The notes under the pieces: generated by a model
Databases searched by the model: none
Told to the model about the DNA's origin: nothing
The model's input: the letters and a program-made list of their open reading frames with translations, nothing else
NCBI GenBank assembly: GCA_028534125.1
Contig: CM052817.1
Coordinates: forward strand, 11,906,001-11,970,000
Length of the DNA: 64,000 nt
From: Lama glama
Taxonomy: Eukaryota
Direction: 5' to 3'
In this document: piece after piece, positions 48,901-62,410 of the stretch
How the letters are laid out: each line of letters opens with the position of its first letter
How positions within the stretch are numbered: position 1 is the stretch's first letter
Made by a program: the position numbers and the translations under genes

Positions 48901-49529
48901 AGTCACCAAAAAATTGTTTAAGTGAACGATTCTTCAGAAAATTTACTTGGCAGTAGGACAGAGGATGGGCGAGGGGAGAGAAGACTGTATTCATAGTCTC
49001 TAGAGTGAGAAGAATATTGTGTCTGACCATGCGTCTTCTTCAGGTAAATTGGCCCATTTCTTCTGCCTGAAGAACCATGTCTGTATTCTTTTCCCTGCAC
49101 ATTATACTGGTGGGAATGGCTTCACCCTGTGGATCTGGGGGAGAGCATGAGACCCAGGCGTGTCCAACATCACATGGCCAGTGATTCTAATAGTCTGTGT
49201 GAGCTACAGCAAATCATTTCATTATCACCTCATCAACCTCCATGGAGAAAGGGGAAGATACTGTTCACGGTCTATATAATTTGTTTTGAAGATAAAAGAT
49301 GATAATTAAAATAAAAACAGCAGAACCATTCACGGTGGGTCTGCCATAGATATTGCTTTAATTTAATTCCCTCATTTCACCATGAGGAGCAAATGACATG
49401 ATGTGTATGGGATGCTTTCATACAGAGATCTGAAATTGTTATTATTATTTTTTTTTCTGGATAGGATAAGAGTACGGAGAGAAGAAAAGTGGGTAAGAGG
49501 GGAGTGCAGAGATTATCTGGGTCAACCTC

Positions 49530-49700
49530 AACCTTTTGATTGGTGTATTTCTTTATACCTTAATCCATTCCAAAGATGCGATCACATCATTTATGGATTA
49601 AGAAACTGAGGCTCTGAGGGAAGATGGTCTCAAGTTAACATGGCTTGACAGTCAGCGAGCGAGATAACTGCTCCCTCCTAGTCCAAGCTACTGCACTTTC
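49530..49700 (-). mobile_element. MIR SINE
   Basis: catttatggattaagaaactgaggctctgagg. Confidence 0.65.
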
Positions 49701-51319
49701 TCCTATAATTTCTTCTTCTGAATGAAATTGTTATGGTCATTTACATATAGAAAATAATTGAAGTCTACCCTTAGAAAACAAAGCAAAGTTAGTTTTTACT
49801 TTTATTATTTTCTGATGGAGAACATTTGGAGTGTGTGTGTTTGACTGTCATAAATAATGCTCTAGATGAAAGCGTGGGGGTTCGAGATTTTGTGGGGAGC
49901 ACAGATCTCTCTTCCCTTGTCTGTTAGAGAGAAGGAGGCAGACAGCTGAATTGCCTTTCTGTATCATTTATTAACATTCCTTCACTCCATTTGAAAGGAG
50001 CAACTTGATCATGAGAAGTCATAAAGGACCCAGGGCTTCAAGATACCTTTCCTGAATTGAGGCTAGTAAATCCTCTAGACATTCCAAGTCACTTGGATTT
50101 TCTGAGAAATCATCTCTAGAGCAGTGACCTAAGGATTACACAGAAAAGAATTTCATATTCAATAGGAGTCTTATTATGTCCCTTTAATTTAAAACCAAAA
50201 AAAATCCTACCTATCCTTGCAGTGTAATGGAAATTCAGCCTCTGGTGTTGAGGTGTACCACACTCCTGACAATTTCACAATAAAAAATGTGTATGCAGTT
50301 CTTCCAAGAGTCATTTTTGCATCCACTATTCATTCATGTTAAATGTCTTTTCTATTCCCTTGCTAAGTAATGAATGTTCTTCTTTGTGCCTCCACCAGCT
50401 GTTTTGTCTAATCAGCTTTCTCAGACAAGTGGACAGAAAACATTTGTTGAATAGCCTGTGATAAAAGCCGTCAGGAGCGGTTGAGACTGCCTCTCTTGCT
50501 TACTTTCTGCAGCCGGGGAAGAAATTCGACATGCATGTCATACTGAGGGCATCTCGTTTTGAGACTTAGCTGGTGCTTTTGAAACAATACTAATTTTCCA
50601 ATTAGACTCTACATAGACCGTGGAGTGCCTTATGAATGAAAATCAAGCATGGATTGCATTTAGATGAATTCCACGAAGATTAATAATACACAGGGTGAAG
50701 GAAATTGATGCCGGCTGTAGTCTCTTATAGATTGTTAGAGCCTGGATTTAAGATCATTTAACCAAACTCCTCACTTTATAAAGAGAGACGAGATGTGGAG
50801 AAGGAAATGATTTCCCTAATGTTGGCTCCCAACACAGTGCTCATGTCCACCCCCAGGTAGATCTGTGTTTGGGTTTTTATATATTCTTCCATTTTGGAGT
50901 TGATGTCAGTGTTCCCTTTGACATCAGTATTTATTTATTTAGAGTAATGGCACAACTTTTATTTGATGGTTTGGTTTTGCATTTGCAGTGGGGTTGTTTA
51001 TTGACTTATCGTTTTCATTTCAATTATTTTCTTTCAGCGACTTCCTTCCCACTTCACAAAATGGACATATCACAAAATTGGTGAACTGGAAATGGGATGT
51101 GAAAGTTTACTTTTATACCCTTTATATTTTCTGGTTGTCTTAGAGACTGGGATATTGTATTACAATTGTAGCATTTTTCTTTTCCCAGAACATGTCAGAA
51201 TGGTCATGCTTTGTATGTGTCTCTAAAAATTTCTAGGGCTAAAAGGTCACTTAGGAATTATCTAAGCCCCCACCCACAGCAACTTACAATGAAGAAATTT
51301 AGACTCAGATAATTTAAAT

Positions 51320-51510
51320 CAGGAGTCACAAATTCAAATATTTACAGAATACAGACAGGGATCCTGGCAAAAGACAATGATTAAACAAACTACTCATATT
51401 TCAACCAAATTTAGCTAATTTCACATTCCATCTCAAAAAATTGAGTGGTCCGAGCATTTGACTACCATTAGAAGGCAGTGTATCCAAAAGGCTTCTCAGT
51501 TTTGACCCTG
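51320..51510. mobile_element. hAT-type MITE inserted in a MIR
   Basis: Imperfect TIRs caggagtcacaaa / ttttgaccctg; 8-bp TSD atttaaat (51312-19) vs atttaatt (51511-18). Confidence 0.7.
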
Positions 51511-51777
51511 ATTTAATTTACATCCAGCGTCTGATACATGAGCCACGACTTGAGAGCCAGGATTAGGACCCTGCTCTGCTCAGTCTTAGTGCCGGCCTCT
51601 TTCCACTGCCCTGGGTGGCTTTTCCCATCTTCCAACTTATCTGACTGCTCCTTTATTTAAAGCACATTATCTGTGTTGGTGAGGAAAAAAATCACATGGG
51701 AAGTTTTTGTTGGCAGCAACAGTCAGGCAATAATAAAATGCCTTTGAAGAAATTTTCTTAATTTTTTTTAACATCAA

Positions 51778-51916
51778 GTGTATGTGTGTATGTGATGTAT
51801 GTATATGTAGGTGTGTGTGTGTGTCTGTGTGTGTGTGTGAGTGTGTGCCGCTGTGTGTATGTGTCAATGTCTACATGTGTGCATGTGTTTATGCGTGTGT
51901 GTGTGTGTGTGTGTGT
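51778..51916. repeat. Compound (GT)n microsatellite
   Basis: Directly visible. Confidence 0.95.
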
Positions 51917-53304
51917 ACTGGTTGTCACGGCTCATGAATGATTTCTTCCCTGTGTTACCTGCTCAGTTCTCTGAGCAAAGGTGTATAAGCGGCCATCGTC
52001 TCTATGTACATATGTTTTGGGATTGTTCTCTTCCTGGGGCACTGTGCAGCATTCCCTATTTATCATGACCTGCAGAAAGTGATAGTTAAATGCATGTTTG
52101 TAGAGCCTTTCTTTAAGCCCATGGATTGGCCAAGGGATATTTCCAGAAGGAACAGAATTTTAAAGACTGATCAAAGCAATCTGTCAGTATTCCCCCCTGA
52201 TTTTTCACCAATGCCCAGTTTTAAATTTCTAGATACTACCTTAGTAGACACCAATGAATTTTTGGTGCTTACTTGAGCTGTTTGTACCAAACAGCAAAGA
52301 GCTAGTTTTGATGTAAGCGAATGACTTTCATCCTGATTACAGTGAAAGATATTTTTATGGGAAGGAACTTGTATGCACCAAAGATACACGATGCTTTATT
52401 TGTTGTGTAAAAACCATTTTCTGGGACAGTATACATCCAGAAGAAAAGTATTTATTAAAAACAAAAAGAAAAAAGTGTTTTTAAACTGGACACTTGAAGA
52501 AGGAATTTGTGAGACCTCGAAACTCAAATAAAGTGAGACTAAAACAGATTCATCTCCGTAGAGATGAATTGACCTTATTCTTGTGAGAGAACTCCTGGTG
52601 ATGAAAAGTGATACCGACGTGTGTGTATTATAATGTTCAGTTTAATGGTTTAGTGTAGTCACGTAATATTTTTTTCCCCTTGAAATTGAGCTGTAAGTAA
52701 GTAAGCCTTATTCAAATTCCAGTCAGGAAAAGTCCCGAGTATAGAAACTAACTGGATATTGATTGTATCAAACATTCTGCAAGTGACCAAGAAACTTATT
52801 GGTCCCCAGACTAAAACAGTCAGTCCCAGAGTGTGTCCTTCTACATGAGGCCACACCTACTTGGTAGAAAGCAAAGGAAAGGGAGATATTTAGTGGACAT
52901 GCCACGTTACACTGATACACTTTCCAAAATGAAGGTATATTTGCAGAAGCTCAGCTAGTCTCTCCTCTACTTTGTACCAAAGACCAATAATAACTTGAAT
53001 TTCTATACAATTTTGCACCTTACAAAGTCCTTCCAACACATTATGGTAGCCTTTCCTATCAACCACCAAGCAGGTGGAGTCCTCCCAAACTTACAATGAA
53101 AAAGAACAAAAAAAGAAGTGGAAGTTCATGAAAGTGCATGTGTGCAAAGCAAGGATTTTTCCACCATGGCTGAAGGTACCAAGGCCACAAATGTGACAAT
53201 GGTGAAATTCCTGAAAAATCAAAGCTTGTTAGTGGCAAAGCTAGAACTACGCCCCTGGTTTTCTGGTTCCCAAACTAGTATCCATTCTGTGATTCATTCA
53301 ATGA

Positions 53305-53780
53305 AAGTTCATTGACTATTTATTTTATGACAGTCACTGTCCTAGTTGCTGAGGCTAAAAAGTTAAATAGGATATGGTTCTTGCTTTGACGGATCTCAGT
53401 TCCAGTGGAGGATACAGTAAAATATACGAGCAACTACAGTGTACAGTGTGGTGAGGGCTCTGAGCGATCCACATGCCGGAGGCCACTGGGAGCACCGCTG
53501 ATCTGGGGAGTAGGGACCACTTTCAAGGGAAACTACAGTCACCCAAGTTCTGAAGGGTGTGTTGATATTTTCTAAGCACAGCAAGCTTCCTACAGGCATT
53601 AGGAGAAGCAGAGGGTGCATGCAAGGACCCAGAGGTGAGAAGGAATGCAAACGAGAAACAGAATGAGCGAACACACCATCTTTGGCGACCTGGATGAAAT
53701 TAAATCTTGCTGGAGCGTAGACTGAGCGGCACGAAGTGACAAGAGGTCAGGATGGAGATGTTAGCAGGGGGCCTTGTTCG
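53305..53780 (-). mobile_element. L2 LINE
   Basis: tcattgactatttattttatgacagtcactgtcctagttgctgagg...atatggttcttgct. Confidence 0.7.
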
Positions 53781-54815
53781 CTGTACCTCTTCTCTTTCCA
53801 GCACATTTGGCTACATCTCTGAGCATGTAAATCAGGCCGCCTCACGTTTCTGATCAGGAAAGCGCTGCTGTTCTCGGAGCCTGAATGCAACCAGAGCTGC
53901 TGATGGGCCTCCCTTTGACCTGCGGTTTCTGAGGAAGGGAATCAGTGTCTTGATGACCGTCAGGGGAGTCATCGACTGTGACTTACAGGGAATCAAGGCT
54001 GCAACTAGGGAGGCTGGGCATTTGGTACTGCGTTTGGCAAAGCAGAAATCCCCCTGCCAGTAGGGAAAAGCTCTCCAGGAGGTGTCAGCCCTCAGTCGCT
54101 TGCCAAGGTTCTTTAGGCACCAGACACTGCAAGGTGAACTAGCCCGTCAGGGCATCCCGGTGATTCAGTATTAGGCACAGACGTGGCAATCCACTCCTAG
54201 GCTTGTTTTGTTGAGACAAACTTGCTTTATGAGAAGGATACACTTTCTAATACTTCTGTGGCTTGACTTACAACTCATGTTTTGTTAATCTCTCAGCTAG
54301 ACTCAATCAGACACAATAATCTGGCTGATTAAATACAAAGGCAAGTACTATATATTGCTTAGAGTTGGCTCTCTCTGAGTTCCCAGGAATTCTACATGTA
54401 GCTGCAGAAACCACCTTTGGCAGTTACATAGTATCTAATGAAGGGAAAGCATTTCTGGTTAGAATATTTAACACACATTTATTGATACACTTCTGTAGAG
54501 CAGTACCCTGATCCACTATGGAAGATGAGTGACACAAGACATTTCCATGGAATGGATTATTTATTTCAGCGATTTTTTTCGGCAAAGATCAGTTGAGACT
54601 CCTTTCTTGTCAGGCTTTAAATTAGTACTCCCTTACAAAATGCAGTGAGTAAAAGTTTCAATTCTTTAAGTCATATGTCAGATAAAAGTTTTTGTTTTGA
54701 AAAAACAAATTTCATTTGTCTTCTGTTTTAGAGTTTAGAAAGTAAAGATGAGACTTTTATCTGCACTAGTTTCCCAGCCATTTTCTGGTGGGATCCTCTT
54801 TCAGAATTGCTTACA

Positions 54816-55264
54816 TGATATATTGAATTGCGTCCCTGCAAAAGATATGTTGAAGTCTTAACCTCCAGAACCTCAGAATGTGACACTATTTGGAAATTGG
54901 GCTATAGCAGTTGTAATTAATTAAAATGAGGTCATACTCGAGTAGGGTGGGCCCTAATCCAATATGACTAGTGTATATAGAGGAGAAGGAGAGTGAGAAA
55001 CATGGGAAGAAAACCATGTACAGACAGGGGCAGAAATTAATATGATGCATCTACAAGCCAAGGCATGCCAAGGATTGCCAGCCCTCACCAGAAGCCAGAG
55101 AAGAGGTGTGAAACAGTGTCACTCAAAGTCTTTGGGAAGAATCAGCCTTACTAGCACCTTGATTTGGGCTTCTATCCTCTGGATCTGTCAGACAACACAT
55201 TTATGTCGTTTTAAGGCACCTAGTTTACCGTATTCTGTTGTGGTCGCCCTAGGGAACTCAGATA
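54816..55264 (+). mobile_element. MaLR LTR (MLT1C-like)
   Basis: aaaagatatgttgaagtcttaacc...gaggtcatactcgagtagggtgggccctaatcc...tctacaagccaaggcatgccaaggattgcc. Confidence 0.9.
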
Positions 55265-56722
55265 AATGGTCTGAGCAAAACTACAGAGTCCTTTCCTCCA
55301 TGATCGCCAACTTGTGAAGATCTTGAGCTCCATGGATATGACTGGTCCTTGTTTGTTTCACCTGACATGAACTGCCTCCTTCCCTTTTTCAAAGGATGTT
55401 TGAAAGGGTGGATGTCCAATGAAAATTTCTCCTTTCACATTTAAGGCAATGAAAGATAGACTTCTATTCTCATACACAAATGTTACAAAAAAGAAAGCAC
55501 AAAATTCTTATGATGTCATACGAGACAAAATGGCTGTAGCGTACCTATTATTGTTCCTCTTGATTATAATCTATGTGAATTAGCTCCTGGGACTATTGAT
55601 ACTGCAGGTCTTCTCCACCATGCTGTCCTCATAACATTTCATTAAGACCGTGTGTCCACAGGTGAGAGAAAGGCAGTCCTCAGATGAGTGGCTGAGGCCT
55701 CAGCCTCCCCGGTATGTTAGTCTTAGGGTCACCGTGCATTCTGCCTCTCAGTCTTCCTACTGATTGAGAGCAGATGGGCACTAAATTCTAGGATGCATGG
55801 GAAAATCCTTGTACTGGACCATTTTCCAAGGCAAAACAAGAGACAGTGATGTTTTAGTTTGGCTTGGCAGTAGCACTGGTCTTGTAAAATAAGGACTGGT
55901 AATAGATTGTCATAAGGTTCAGGGATACTCATCTTTGGCACTAATATTTCAGCTGCTCAGAGCTCTCCGATCATATGTATTAATTTGGCTTCTAATTTGT
56001 GTTAAATTTTGCACTGTATTTGGCTTCATCTAATTTCCAATTAGACAGTCAATCCATGGTTAATTTGTTATATTGTGCTAGATTACAAATTTTCCATTTC
56101 AGTTTAATTTAGATAATGACAGTCTAAAAACTGAGACAGACCTCAGTTTACTACCCAGGCTGATAATGTTTGTTTGTGGTGAAACAAACACCATGCATTC
56201 CTCCTTAAGCACAAGATTGTCTTTCAGCCAATGGAGTGGTTTTAGTAATCAGGTTCTCCAAAGCTATGGAGAACATAGCCTTCACACAGCACTCATGATA
56301 ACATTGCTTGGTTAAATTAAATTGTGACACCAAATCCACTGGCCTAATGTTGAACTGGCCCAGACTTTCTACACTGTCAGAAGATTGTAGCACCCACTCT
56401 TCCTTAGACCAAAACCAGCTGCTATAAAAGAGTCTCTTAATAGCTGTAAAGAAGCAAGTGAAACACACTAAAACAAGCTTATTAGAATATGTTGGGTAAG
56501 AAGACCACAGATTTGTTTCTTGCTTGGTTTTGGCAGGTGAACCGTTTATTCACAAAACAAGGGAAGTGAGAGCAGAATGAGATTTCTTTTGGTACCTTGA
56601 GCTGCAGGCAAGCTGACCATGTGATCATGTTACCACGCTGTGAAGCAGTCTGCACAGTTGACAATAAGTGTTTTTCATGAGTTTGGGAAAAACTTGAGAG
56701 CGCTCTCCAAGAGTGTGAAAGT

Positions 56723-57084
56723 CTCTCCTGGACTGAATGCTTGTGTCCCCCGAAATTTGTATGTTGAAATCCTGACCCTCAGTGTGATGGTAGTAGGAGG
56801 TGGTGCCTTTAGGAGGTTTGGGTCTTAAAGGCAGAGCTCACGAATGGAATTGTTCCCTTATAAGAAGAGACAGATGAGTTTGCCATCTCTCTTTGCTCTC
56901 TACCATGTGAAGATACAAGGAGAAGACAGCCATCTATAAGTCAGGAAGCAGGACAGACACTGGATCTGCCAGAACTTTATCTTGGACTTCCCAGCCTCCA
57001 AAACTGTGAGAAATAAATGTCTTTGGTTTAAGTCATGCAGTCTATGGTATTTTTGTCACATAGCATCCCTAGCTGATTGAAACA
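56723..57084 (+). mobile_element. MaLR LTR (MLT1A/A0-like)
   Basis: ggactgaatgcttgtgtccccc...tcttggacttcccagcctccaaaactgtgagaaataaatg. Confidence 0.9.
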
Positions 57085-57719
57085 AAGGTGTATTTTTCAA
57101 AGGATGAAGCCAAAGTTTCTGGCATTATTGAATTCATAATTTTAGGATTTTTAAGTTTTGAGCTCTACAATTTGTGTGTTCTCTCTTCTAATTGATGAGT
57201 TTCTGTTTTTATTACATCTTGCTTGCAATACCAAGGTTAGGAAAAGAGTATATTGAGCAGTTATGGTGCTGCTTAATGTCATATAACAGAGAATTTGAAA
57301 ATCAAAAAGTATTACTCTGAATCTGACTCTGCTCTTTTCTAAGTATGTGGTATGTGTCCTTGGAAAATTAAACCTCTGTGGGTTTTTTTTTTTTCTGTGA
57401 AAGCAGATGTTTGCTACAATAGAACCTTGGTTAACAGAAGTCAAAGTTCCTAGCACTGGATCCAATGAATTGGTTCTGATTGGGGTAAGCAGTAATAACC
57501 AGAACCAGCAGGATATAAAACTTTATTACAGGTAAGAAGTCTGAAGACTGTTTCGTGTTGCAGAAAAGGGCAGACACCAGAAAGGGTCAAAATCAAAGAG
57601 AACCTAAATACTATAAAATTGTTCTCTGGCATAGAAAGCACCTTCTTTTAAGACATAATGCTTATTCCCTAAAAAGAAAGGGACTATAATTACACATAGA
57701 AAACTATTTTTTCACCTCC

Positions 57720-59095
57720 TTTCAGTCAGCCATGACTTTCAGTGTTTTATACACTCTGTTTCCTTGTCTTTTCTGACATATATTTCCTTGGTGTCACACA
57801 TATCCACTGAATCTCTGCTGCTCCTTTTTTTTTTTTTTTAATCCTTCTGAGTATGTTTTTCTTTAACTGGCTGGTACATGGTAGAGTTTCTTAGAGCAGG
57901 GCCTGCACCTTATTCTCTCCCTGTAGGAAGCCTCACATACAACTACAGTTTTAATCATCACCTTATGTCAAAAACTCCTAAATATAAATCCCTAAGTCCT
58001 GACCTTCTGCTAGAGTTTCAGATCTGTGTATCCAACTGTCTCTTTCATATATTCAGTTAGGTGTCTCGAAGTCACCTCAAATCCAACACATCCAAAGACA
58101 AATGCCTGCTTGTCATCTGCAAACCTGTTTTCTCTTTTTTTCCTAGGTGCTGTCCTCAATGGTACTGCCTTCTATTAAGCTGCTTAAACAAAATGTTAGA
58201 GTACCACCTTGGAAGTCTTTTTTCTCATCTTGAATCCACCAAGCTCTCTATATTTTCACTGTTATTTTCCTATCCAAGCTAATGTCATGTCTCGTGTGAA
58301 CTTCAGCCACATCAAGTCTCTACCCATTCTTGCCCCTTCTAATCTAATTCATATTTTATAGCCAAGGCGATCACTTTAATACCTGAATCGGAATTAGCAA
58401 CACACTTTTTTGTTTCCAGTGGGTGGGTGTGCCTGTGGTAGAGGATTGTACTCTTTTCTTCACTCTCATCTCATCATCCAGTTTCCTGGTGGTGTCTCCT
58501 ATTGGCTGGATGTATCTGGAAGCTGGAGGGTAAGGGAGCCCATTGTTGGAGCTTTCAGAGTTTCTTCTTCTTGGGTATAGGGGGTGGTGAAGAAGAATAT
58601 AGAGTAGATCTGGGGGCTACTTCGAGCATGAAGATTTCCAGCCCAGCTGCTAGTCGGTTCCCTGCCTCACTTCCTGCCTAATTTCATGCCATTCTTCTTT
58701 CTAACACTCTCTGTTCCAGCTAAACTGATCTTCTTCATTCAGGTACTTGGATAAGCTCCCTGCTTTTCGTATGCTGATCAGTGTACCTGGAGAGACCCCC
58801 CCCCTTGCCCAACCTTTCTACTTAGATAATTTCTGCTTATCTTTTGTAAATTAGCTCCAGCTTCCACATGGAAGCCTTCCCTATACCCTCAGATTAGGTC
58901 GGGCCTCCTATTATACACTCCTGCAGTACCGTGTACCTTTACTGTATAGTACTTGTCATAGGCTTAATTTTATATTTTTCTCTGATTTTTTATTAATACC
59001 TAGCTCCTCCATGAAACTGTCAACTCCTCAGCCTCTAACCCAATGCATGGCATGTGAAAGATGTTTGCACAATATGTGTCAAATGAACAAATGTT
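57720..59095 (+). mobile_element. L2 LINE, interrupted by an LTR33-like fragment
   Basis: tgtatccaactgtctct...cacctcaaatccaacacatccaaa...ggaagccttccct. Confidence 0.8.
58470..58645 (-). mobile_element. ERV-L LTR33-like fragment
   Basis: ctcctattggctgg...ggaagctggagggtaagggagccc...agagtagatctggggg. Confidence 0.65.
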
Positions 59096-60334
59096 ATATC
59101 ATGGTGTATAGGTGAAAAGGGAAAAGAGAAAGTTTTGAACGGATGACTCACACACCTTTATTTTAGCTATCCTTCTAAATTTGACAAAGAAAGTGAGCAC
59201 TCTTTTAAGTATCAAGTATTGGCCCAGAAGTTGAAGCTTACAACTTAAAGAGTGCAGTACATAGTAATGCATACAAGAAGAACTTCATTTTCAGAGGAAG
59301 AGTTAGATGGAATTAGGTAAAGAACTTTCTTACCGCATATGTTATCATGGGACATTAAAAAAAAAAACCGTAGTTCTGTCCTTTGGTTTAGGTTTTCTGG
59401 TAGAAAATCAAACAAATACTTAAATGGAACTCTGCTGAGCACTTTCTGCAGCTCCCCCCGCCACCGCCCACCCTGACAAGATCTTATTTGTCAAACTACG
59501 AATATTTGTGTTGCTAAAGGAAATCATCGGCAAAAAGTAGTGACTTTTACTTTGGGTGTGAAGTGGGGATATTTGTCTGAGACGTTTTTAGGCATCAAAT
59601 TGAAGAGTGCTTCCAGTGAGGGTTCATGAAAAATTGATCTTCCCCTGTTCTCAGAGGGGAAACTGAAACTTGGTGTGCTTTTTTCATTGTGTGTCTTGGT
59701 AGAACAGAGAAAGCCAAGAAGCAAACAAACAGCATTTCAAGCCTTCAAGTATTAGGCACTTAAGATATAAAGATTCTTTCTGAGAATACTGAGTTGCGTG
59801 GAGGATTATATTAGTGAAATATGAACCTACCACCTGCCATTTGTGGTTCAAATTCTACTTGGGTGGGAAACAGGTAGAATGTATTTCACTGACTGATATA
59901 TTTAAAAAGGTGTATGTGAAACATACTGGGGCTTACATCCAAATCCCTGAAACTGTATACCACCAGTTTAATGGGTATTGTGGTTACCAGCTTAGTGGCT
60001 ATTGGTATGAATTCATACCAATTTTTATGCTACATTTGTTAGCCTAAGGGGTTAGTGAGCAGCATAATAAGGGGTTATTAGAAGGATACTGACACTAAGC
60101 AGATTAAGACCAAGAACCTCAAGTTTGTAATCTTTAATTTTTTATTTAGTATTTTAGTTCACAAGTTTGTGTCAGTAATTGGTTTTCAAAATGAAATCAT
60201 GTAAAATTAAAAAAAAAGCTTTCTTTTCATTGTTTAACACAAATAAATTGAAATGCCAAATGACACATTGTTACATTACTAAAGAACTAATGTTTATCAA
60301 GCAGTCATCATGTGTCAGCGACAGTTTTGGGCAT

Positions 60335-60805
60335 TGCACTGGTTAGCACTTGTAACAATAGAGCTGTGTAAGAAATTATCCCAATACCAAGTGACTTGAG
60401 GCAGTCATTTATTTGCATGAATCTGCTGGTCAGTTATGGTGGTTCTGCTGATACAGGTTGGGCTCTACTGGGCAGCCCTGCTTCAAGCTGCTAATCAGTG
60501 AAGTAGCAGAAGCAATTCTGTTTCCTGTATCTTTCATCCTCCTTTGTCTAGCAAGCTAGTTGAGGTATGTTCTTCTCATGTTAATGGCAGGAACACAAGT
60601 GAATAAACAAATACACAGGGCCTCTGAGGACCTAGGCTCATAACCGACATATGTGTCATATCTACTCACATGTCATTTGACCAAAGCTAGTTACATCCAG
60701 ACTCCAAGCCCATGAGGGACATACACTCTACCCAGGATGAGGATGTGGTAAAGGTCTAGATGGGGGGAGGGGGTGGGGGTGGGTCCAATCATTCAGTCTC
60801 CTGTA
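60335..60805 (-). mobile_element. MaLR LTR (MLT1H-like) inserted in a minus-strand MIR (60290-60334 and 60806-60990)
   Basis: catgaatctgctggtcag...atgttcttctcatgttaatggcagga...tgaccaaagctagttacat. Confidence 0.8.
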
Positions 60806-61924
60806 GGGACACTTAAAATTCTTCACCTCACTTAATTCTCATAACAGCTCTGTGAGGTATTACTATGCACAATTTAGAGATGAAGAAACCAAAGCTCAAA
60901 AGTCTGAATAGCTTCCTGTTTCCTAAGATAACTAAATGGCAAAGTGAGACCCAGCATCTGGTTTTCTTGACTTCAGAGCTTATGCTTTCTCCTGCTGGAG
61001 CATCTCTTAATGTCACAATGTGTTTCCTAAAGTTTGGGCATAAATCACTATGAAGAATGAGTGAAAATGAAAGTTTATTGACATAGTTTTCCCTCCTAAT
61101 TTAGCTTTACTCCTTTTTAAAAATTCAGATAATATTCTAAGTAGAAAATTAAATCTATGTCAACTAATTTGTCCTTTTCCTTTTATCTTTATCTTTCTTA
61201 GATGCTAGGAAAAAAAGGAAAAAGAAACACAACAAAAAGATGAATCATACTATTTTTCTAAGAGAAAATAAAAACTTAAAATTATATTTAAAATTAAAAC
61301 TTAAAAATCCATTCTGATTCTATTTTACCTTAGAATTCCTCTGAATTATGTTGTCATGAAATTATTGTTTTCAGTTTTTAAAAATTCTAATTATGTGGTG
61401 GTTTCTTTTTCCTGTTTTCCCAGTTTTCTGGTTCAACATATTGAGCATTTTTTCTTGTTCTACAGTTAATATGATAAAATTCAATGGTTATAAATACCAG
61501 TAAGAGGTATAAATAATAGCTGGCATTTATTAGTGCAAGTCATGGTCTGGACACTACTCATCCTAACTCATTTGGTACTCACAAAGACCATGTGAATTGG
61601 AATGATACAATGTAAAGTGCTCTGGATTCAAATCTACAGCATACCAAGCTAAATGATCTTGGCCTAGTGGCTTAAATTTAGAGACACACAGCTTTATTAT
61701 TATGTAATAGAGATTGCCTTTCACAGCTATCACAAAGATTATATATATATATATATAAAATATATAAATTACATAGCATGTATGTGTGCATGTGTACATA
61801 ATACCATTCTTTGAATGTATAATGAACTTATATTTCACTGTAGCAGTAATTGATTCAGGCAAGAATCATCAAAACCATTAGATGAAAATTTGTGTGGTAA
61901 CAGAACGTGATGTGATACACTGAA

Positions 61925-62410
61925 CATTGAGGAACTCTTCTAGAATTGAAGAGAACAACAAGGCAAGACAAATAAATGTGATGCACAATCCTGGATTGGA
62001 TCCAAAAAATAGTTAATATAAAGGACATTATTAAGGAGGTTGACAAAACTTGATTATGTTCTGTATGTCAGATAATAGTATTTTTAAAATATTAGAGTTG
62101 TTGAGTTTGGTAATTGTACTGTGGTTAGGTAAGAGACTGTGCTTGTTCTTAGACGATACGTAAGGAGTATTTAGCGATGAAAAAGTCATGATACCTATGA
62201 CATACTTTCAATGGCCTGGAAGAAAAACAATTAGATTAAGAATAAGAATAGTAATAATAAGAAGTGTATAATTAGAAAGAAAATTCCAAAGCATCAAAAT
62301 CTTAAAAATTTATAAATTCACACAAAGAATACATGGTGTTCATCATACTATTTTATCTATAGGTTTGTAAGTCTTCAAAATAAAAAAAATTAAAAAAGGA
62401 GAAAAAAATA
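61925..62410 (+). mobile_element. L1ME-like 3' UTR
   Basis: aatcctggattggatcc...aaaggacattatt...gtaattgtactgtggttaggtaagaga; A-rich end. Confidence 0.8.

Noticed and set aside
48523..48925. 128-aa and 83-aa overlapping ORFs
   Set aside because: Low-complexity purine-rich L2-derived sequence
52548..52569. Perfect 9-bp hairpin attcatctc-cgta-gagatgaat
   Set aside because: Stems of this length are expected by chance in 64 kb of AT-rich DNA
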